Positions 57,255 to 64,000 of a stretch of DNA of 64,000 nucleotides are shown one piece after another. Every line of letters begins with the position of its first letter. Positions within the stretch are counted from its first letter, which is position 1. The stretch is from Mobula hypostoma (lineage: Eukaryota), in contig NC_086118.1 in NCBI RefSeq assembly GCF_963921235.1, positions 22,074,001-22,138,000 on the forward strand, read 5' to 3'. A program made the position numbers and the translations under genes. The notes beneath the pieces were generated by a model. The model was not told the origin of the DNA and did not search any database. It saw only the letters and a list, made by a program, of their open reading frames with translations.

Positions 57255-57925
57255 GTAGATTGAAAATCTGGCTGAATGGTGCCACAACATCAATCTCTTT
57301 CAGTGTCAGCAAATCCGAAGAGCAGAGTATTGACTACCCAAGGAGGAAACCAAAGGTCCATGAGCCAGTCCTCATCAGGGGATCAGAGGTGGGGGAAGTC
57401 GTCAACTTTAAATCCCTCAGCACTGTCATTTGAGAGGATCTATCCAGCACGTAACGACCATTACAAAGAAGGCGTGGCAGTGCCTTTTCTTGCTTCGATG
57501 TTTGCACAGATTCAGCACATCATTTAAAACTTTGACCAACTTCTATAAGCTGAGGACAGTATACTAACTGGTTGCATCGCGGCCTGGTACAGGAACACTG
57601 GTGCCCTTCTATGGAAAATCCGACAAAATTAATGGAGCAGCCCAGTCTGCCACAGATAAAGCCCTCCCCACTATTGAGCATGCTTACAAGGAGCACTGTT
57701 GCAAGAAAGTAGTAGCAATCATTAAGGACCCCCATGATCCAGGCTATGCTCTTTTTTTACTGTTTCCATTAGGAAGAAGGTTCAGGAGCACATTACCTCT
57801 CAATCATCGGACTCTTGAACTAAGTGAGTGTTTTATTTTATGGGTTCTATTGTGTCTCCTTGTATTTATTGTGAACCCCTGCAAGAAAATGTATCCCAGG
57901 CTAGTATATGGTGACATATATTTAT
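57255..57925 (+). mobile_element. Rex1/Babar 3' fragment; tail resumes at ~58248-58282
   Basis: HEPVLIRGSEVGEVVNFKSL; IIKDPHDPGYALF. Confidence 0.8.
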
Positions 57926-57931
57926 TTTTAA

Positions 57932-58247
57932 GGGCACGTGGCCAAGTTGGTAAGGCATTGGACTAGCAACCTGAAGGTCGTGAGTTCGAGCCCCAGCCGA
58001 GGGAACGTGTTGTGTCCTTGAGCAAGGCACTTAATCACACATTGCTCTGCGACGACACTGGTGCCTAGCTGTGTGGGTCCTAATGCCCTTCTCTTGGACA
58101 ACATTGGTGTTGTGGAGAGGGGAGACTTGCAGCATGGGCAACTGCTGTTCTTCCATACAACCTTGCCCAGGCCTGCACCCTGGAGAGTGAAAACTTTCCA
58201 GGCTCAGATCCATGGTCTCGCAAGACTAACGGATGCCTTTAATTTAA
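57932..58247 (+). mobile_element. tRNA-derived SINE, copy 2 (same family as 5800-6097)
   Basis: GGGCACGTGGCCAAGTTGG A box, GAGTTCGAGCCC B box, same body and tail; ATATTTATTTT flanking repeat. Confidence 0.9.
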
Positions 58248-59214
58248 ATATTTATTTTGATAATAAATTTATTTGAACTTTGGGTATCCTAATCTACTTA
58301 ACCAGTGAAAAATATGTATAGCAGTCACTTATAATATTCTATGATAGATTGAGAGCAGATTTTCAAGTTCGTTCTCTGCAGGTTCTCAAATCTTCTGCTC
58401 CCTGAACTTAAGTGTAAAGTATATCAAATTCGATCTCACTGCAGGATATTGCTAATCTGCAATGATTGTTCTCTGCAACTGGTTGTTCTCACGGAGTAGT
58501 CATCATCTGGAATTCACTCCAGAAATAAAATGAAGAGATTGTTGAATAAAGAGATTAATAAAATGAAGACATAGATTTCTTCAGTTAGCACTTGTACGTT
58601 TTGGCATGGTTGTATGTATGAATATGGTAGAAACATTTATCTGATTGTCTTTCATTCAGCAGGGAGAGAGGGAAAGCAAGATGGACTAGAGTGAATAGGG
58701 AATTAGGATTATGATCAAAGAAATTACAGTGTGATTAATTGATCCCTGATTGGCGCCTCAGAAAGTGGCTCCTCTGATTCCATCCTTCCTTCCCTTTCTT
58801 TTTCCTCCTCCTCCTCCTCCTTCACCTCAACTTTCTTCTCCTTTCTCTTGCTCTTCTGGCTCTGCTGTTGCCAGGTTATGGAGGATATAAATGGCAAAGA
58901 TGGATTCAGGTGACGATTGATCTTCCATCATAGAAGGGTTCTTCTCTTGTGCCTATGCTAAACATTCAGGAGGCAGGGACCAGATGATAGCTCCCGAATC
59001 TGGGTGACCAGGCAGAGACTTTTCAGTGACTTGTTAGCTCACAAAGTTAAAGATCATTGTAAGTTTCTGCAAGATGAAGGGTTCATGATCTATGAGCAGT
59101 TTTTCGTCATTGGCCATCAAGATCATTTGTCAGGCTAGCTGGGAGAACTTATTAAACACAGGTATGGGAGGTTCTTCCTGTTGCTAAACACAGAGTTCTC
59201 ATTTTGATTTAAAT

Positions 59215-59715
59215 TCATGCTTTTAGTTTCAAATTAATACAGCGCAAAACAGGCCCCTCAGCCAAACTAGTGCAGGCCGACCACAGCATCCTCCCTACTA
59301 GTCCCAAGTTGCCCACATTGGCCTATAATCCTTCAAGCCCCTCCCTTCCATGTAAATAGCCAAATGCCTCTCAAATGTTGCAATGGTACTGCCTTGACTG
59401 CTTCCTCTAACAGCTTATTCCAGGTCCTCACTCCCCTCTGTGGAAAGAAATTGCCTTTCATTTCTTCTCTTATCTTGTAGATGTGCCCTTTAGTTTTGGT
59501 CTCCCTAACCCTGGGGAAAATGGTATGATCGTCTACGTAATCCATTCCCCTCATGATTTTATAAATTCCAAAGAATAAAGTTCCAGTGTGGTCAACCTCC
59601 CCCTATAATTCCAGGCAGCTTCCTCATAAATCTCTTCTCCACCCTCTCCATCTTGACAATGATGTTCTTATAACAGGATGACCAAACTGTACACAATATT
59701 CTAAGTGTGGCATCA
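59215..59715 (-). mobile_element. Old CR1 3' fragment
   Basis: ORF 59333-59554 MRGMDYVD...GNFFPQRGVRTWNKL. Confidence 0.8.
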
Positions 59716-60199
59716 CAAAAGTGAGTGTTGATGTCTAGCTTGGCAGTGTTAGGACAGCATTACACAGACACTAATTTACCATCCTCTTGTTCCAGCCTTA
59801 AAAAATGATTCACTATAAACATATCAGACAATTAATTGTAAATTATCTGGACTATATAAAATAAACATTCTAACTCCATCTGCTGGCTGGATTTATTGTT
59901 TTAAATTGGTAATGCTACTTTCTATCATAACTGATTTGTTCTTTCAATGTATTGTACATTGTGTCATACACCTGAGAAAATTATGTGTCAACCTACTAAA
60001 ATTAGTAATATTTTGTAATTCATTTTTTTCCCCAGACTGTAAGGGTGGATTTGATTCTAATATATATAGGCTTAATTGACTGTAACTTGTCAACCTGACT
60101 ACATCTCTATGTCAGAGAGTAGAGGATTCTGCTTCCAGTTCTTTGCTTTGTGTAATCTGGATGAGGTATGTAATTGTGTTCCATTTTCCTGTTTAAAAA

Positions 60200-60400
60200 T
60201 TCATAGCACCAAGTAAAAGGGAGTTCTGGGCACTTGTCTAATATTCCTTCCTTGATCAATATTTCAAAAGAGATTGTTGTCAATCACTCAATTGCTCCAA
60301 ATGGAATCCAGAAAATATACTTTGACTGCTGAATATTCTGTCTGAACAGTGGCTGCATCGTGAAATAATTCAACATTACCAGGAGTCACCTTGGGGATTA
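60200..60400 (+). mobile_element. Very old Deu-domain SINE remnant (SacSINE1/AmnSINE1-like)
   Basis: gggagttctgggcacttgtctaatattccttcc...aacagtggctgca...caccttgggga loosely follows the Deu-SINE 3' half as remembered. Confidence 0.35.
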
Positions 60401-60435
60401 TTTTGATTGGTTATCGTAGATTATTGTGCAAAAGT

Positions 60436-62027
60436 CTTCATCCCCCTTGGAAGTTTTCATGTTTTATTGCTTTACAACATTGAATCACAGTGGATTTAAT
60501 TTGGCTATTTTGACATTGATCAACAGAAAAATAGTCTTTCGTGTCAAAGTGAAAACAGATCTCTACAAAGTGATCTAACTTAATTACAAATATAAAACAC
60601 AAAATATTGATTGCATAAGTATTCATCCTCTTCAAGTCAGTATTTAATAAATGCACCTTTGGTAGCAATTACAGCCTTGAGTCTGTGTAGATAGGTCTCT
60701 ATCAGCTTTGCACATCTGGACTCTGCAATTTTTCCCCATTCTTCTTTACAAAACTGCTCAAGCTCTGTTAGATTGCATGGGGATCATGAGTGAACAGCCC
60801 TGTTCAAGTCCATCCACTAATTCTCAATTGGATTGAGGTCTGGACTCTGACTTGGCCACTCCAGGACATTAACTTTGTTGTTTTTGAGCCTTTCCTGTGT
60901 AGCTTTGGCTTTATGCTTGGGGTCATTATCTTGCTGGAAAACAAATCTTCTTCCAAGTTGCAGTTCTCTTGCGGACTGCATCTGGTTTTCTTCCAGGATT
61001 TCCCTGTATTTTCTGCGTTCATTTTAACCTCTACCTTCAGGGCCTTCCAGGGCTGGCTGCAGTGAAACATCCCCACAGCATAATGTAGCCACTGTAGCTT
61101 CACAGCAGGGAAGATGTCAGTGTTTGGCTTGTGCCAAACATAGTGGTTAGTCTGATGGCCAAAAAGCTTGATTTTCGTTTCATCAGACCATAGAATCTTC
61201 TTCCAGCTGACTTCAGAGTCTTCCATGTGCCTTCTGGCAAAATCTTGCTGAGATTTCATGTGAGTTTTTTTTCAAAAGTGGCTTTCTCTTTGCTGTTCTC
61301 CTATAAAGCTGTGACTGGTGAAGCACCCGGTCAACCGTTGTTGTATCTGCAGTCTCTCCCATCTCAGCCACTGAAGCTTGTAATTCCTCCAGAACTGTCA
61401 TAGGTCTCTTGGTGACCTCCCTCACTAGTCCCCTTCTTGCACGGTCACTCAGTTTTTGAGAACGGCTTGCTCTAGGCAGATTTACAGCTGTGCCATATTC
61501 TTTCCATTTCTTGATGATTGACTTGACTGTACTCCAAGGGATATTCAGTGACTTGGAAATTTTCTTGTATCCATCTCCTGACTTGTGCTTTTCAACAATT
61601 TATTTGCAGAATTGCTTGGAGTGTTCTTTTGTCTTCATGGTATAGTTTTTGTCAGGATACTGACTCACCAGTAATTGGACCTTCCAGATACAGGCATATT
61701 TTTACTACAATCAATTGAAATACCATGACTGCCCACAAGTGATCTCCATTTAACTAATTATGTGACTTCTGCAATTAATTGGCTGCACTGGTGATGATTT
61801 GGTATGTCATATTAAAGGAGGGTGAATACTTATACAATCAATTGTTTTGTGTTTTATATTTGTAATTAATGTAGACCACTTTATAGAGTGTTTTCACTTT
61901 GACACAGAAGTGTCTTTTTCTGTTGATCAGTGTCACGAAAGCTATTTTAAATCCAGTGTGATTCAATGTTTTAAAACAATAAAACATGAAAATTTCTAAG
62001 GTGGGTGAGTACTTTTTATAGGCACTT
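60436..62027 (-). mobile_element. Near full-length Tc1 (IR/DR type) transposon with disrupted transposase
   Basis: ~200-bp TIRs (~60436-60635 / ~61815-62027). Transposase starts at ATG 61638 (MKTKEHS) and includes [40 protein letters not shown] and [13 protein letters not shown] in shifted frames. Confidence 0.95.
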
Positions 62028-62516
62028 ATAACTAGGGTGCTCAAGACTTTTTCAGTGTACTCTAGTAATTTTATGTATTGCACTGTACTGCAGCCACACA
62101 AAAAAAAACAAAGTTTATACTGATAATCCCAATACATGTCTCTATTGTGGACTGAGAGTGGGAAAGGAGCAGGGAGAAGGGAATCATGGTTGGGAAAAGG
62201 AAAAGGCAGAGGGTAGGGAATGGAAAGCACCCACCAGAACATTCTGTGATGATCACTAAACAATTGTTTGGAAAAAAATGACCATCCCTGATGTCTCAGG
62301 ATTGGGTGTGTCTGCACCCACATCACCACCACCACCAACCCCTCCCCCCAACCCTACCCCCAGCCCCACCCACCCTCCCTCCGGCTCCTGGCACTTCTTG
62401 GGCCACCTGCCCCACAGCCCTTTCACGGTGCTACACCCTCGCCATTCCCAACATCCTTTGCTCCTGCCAGATTTATAAACTTGCTCCCCCCCTCCACATT
62501 GACAAATATCATATCA

Positions 62517-62575
62517 TTCAAAAGTCTTAGGCACCCTGGCTATATATATCTCTGTGTAAGACTTTTGTACAGTAC
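62517..62575. mobile_element. Tiny palindromic Tc1-like MITE
   Basis: caaaagtcttaggcacc...tatatata...taagacttttgtacagta. Halves of a similar unit flank the Tc1 at ~60423-60438 and ~62030-62060. Confidence 0.55.
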
Positions 62576-63085
62576 TGTATCTTGAGCAAAAATGAATGGC
62601 ATTTGCAAAAACAATCCATATTTATGCAGCATTTTCTACATACCCCGTAGGAAGTTATAGCTTGTTAAATATTCTGAAGTATCCTCCCCGTTTTAATGTT
62701 AGAAATGGGACCATCATTCACACCTAGTAAATTCCAAAAATATCATTGTGATTTTGATTAAATAATGTTGCTTTTTTGTGATAGAGAATTAAATATTGGC
62801 CAAGCAATAAATCTGTGTACTTTGAAAGTGTGCCGTGACATCCTCTGAATCTACCTTTATGCAGGCATCTCATACCCTCCAATGTAACTGCTTCTCAGCT
62901 GCCTCCACATTTGACCGTGATTGGAGATAGTTAATATCTGCAATGCTCACAGCATCTCTATTCAAAGAGAGTTTCCTTATAGTCAAAAGAAGATGTTTAA
63001 CAAACCGTCTTCTTGAACTCTCATAGGTGAATAGTGGAATAGCTGAAAGACTGAGTAAAAGCCCCAGAAATCTTGGTACATATTA

Positions 63086-63298
63086 AGGACATAAGAAATA
63101 GGAGCAGGAGTAGGCCATCTGGCCCGTCGAACCTGCTGTGTCATTCAATAAGATCATGGCTGATCTGACCATGGACTCATCTTCATCTACCTGCCTTTTC
63201 CCCATAGCACTTAACTCCCCTGAAATGCAAAAATCTATCCAACCTTGTCATAAAAATATTTACTGAGGTAGCCTCCACTGCTTCATTGGGAATAGAAA
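63086..63298 (-). mobile_element. CR1 3' end
   Basis: cataagaaataggagcaggagtaggccat, the CR1 terminal motif on the minus strand. Confidence 0.8.
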
Positions 63299-63299
63299 T

Positions 63300-64000
63300 C
63301 TGGCACCAATAACACAGGTAGGAAAAGGAAAGAGGTCCTGAAGAGAGATTTTAGGAAGCTAGGCAAAAGCTGAAAAACAAAACCACCAGGGTCATCGTCT
63401 TGGGATTGCTGCCCGTGCCACACACCCATGAGGGTAAGAGTCAGGACATTCGGCAGATAAATGTGTGACTGAGGAACTGGTGAAGGTGGCGGGGGTTCAG
63501 ATTTCTGGATCATTGCGATCTCTTCTGGGGATGATGCAACATGTACAAAAGGAACATGTCCCACTCTGAACCCAAGAGGGACCAATATCCTTGCAGGCAG
63601 GTTCGCTAGAGCTGTTCAGGAGGGTTTGAACTGATTTGGCAGCAGGATGGAAACTGGAGTGAGGGTGCTGAGGATGGGGCAGTTGGTTTACAAACAGAAG
63701 CAGTGTGTAGTGAGACTGTTAGCAAGGACAAGCTCATGATAGGGCAAAATTGCAGTCAACGGGATAAGTAGCAATGCAATAGGGAGGACAAAATTGTAAC
63801 GGTTGATGAATATAGGACTGAAATTGTTATACTTGAATGCACGTAGTACATGGAAGAAGGTAGATGAAAATGTAGCACAGTCAGAGATAGGCAGGTATGA
63901 TGTTGTGGGCATCACTGAGCATTGACTGAAAGAAGATTATAGCTTGGAGTGTAACATCCAGCAATAGACATTGTATCAAAAAGACAGGCAGGTAGGCAGA
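63300..64000 (+). mobile_element. CR1 LINE ORF1 (SGNH esterase) end and ORF2 endonuclease start, degenerate
   Basis: VIVLGLLPVP..GFRFLDH..LNPRGTNILAGRF, then LKLLYLNARST..KVDE..YDVVGITE (~63820-63920). Confidence 0.85.

Noticed and set aside
3900..63000. microRNA hairpins
   Set aside because: Scattered seed-like hits (AAGTGCT, TGAGGTAG) lack matching mature sequence or hairpin context by eye. This was not an exhaustive search.

Overview
This is vertebrate genomic DNA, not prokaryotic. A cartilaginous fish, probably a ray, is inferred from the repeat mix alone: CR1, Rex1/Babar, L2, fish-type L1, Neptune and Poseidon Penelope-like elements (PLEs), V- and Deu-domain SINE remnants, Tc1/mariner/Tigger and Gypsy. 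More than half of the window is transposable-element sequence, often nested. I could not confidently identify any host gene; there are only a few exon-like or promoter-like islands in unique sequence. Almost every recognisable long ORF in the track is a transposon relic. The only long intact one is a 683-aa 5'-truncated Rex1/Babar reverse transcriptase at 11451-13502. Highlights: (1) two unrelated PLE families are each inserted as an inverted duplication bounded by a 13-14 bp target-site duplication (TSD), including a ~1.4 kb near-palindrome; (2) minimal hammerhead ribozyme motifs sit at the ends of both PLE families, and a ~100 bp ribozyme-only PLE insert has its own TSD; (3) a Tigger MITE closely resembles mammalian MER2B as I remember it, making it a horizontal-transfer candidate; (4) an RTE insert has an inverted 5' segment; (5) an LTR element with a tRNA-Leu primer-binding site (PBS) has an atypical gag-pro region. 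Family names come from recognised motifs and memory, not database searches. Boundaries without a TSD or terminal inverted repeat (TIR) are approximate.
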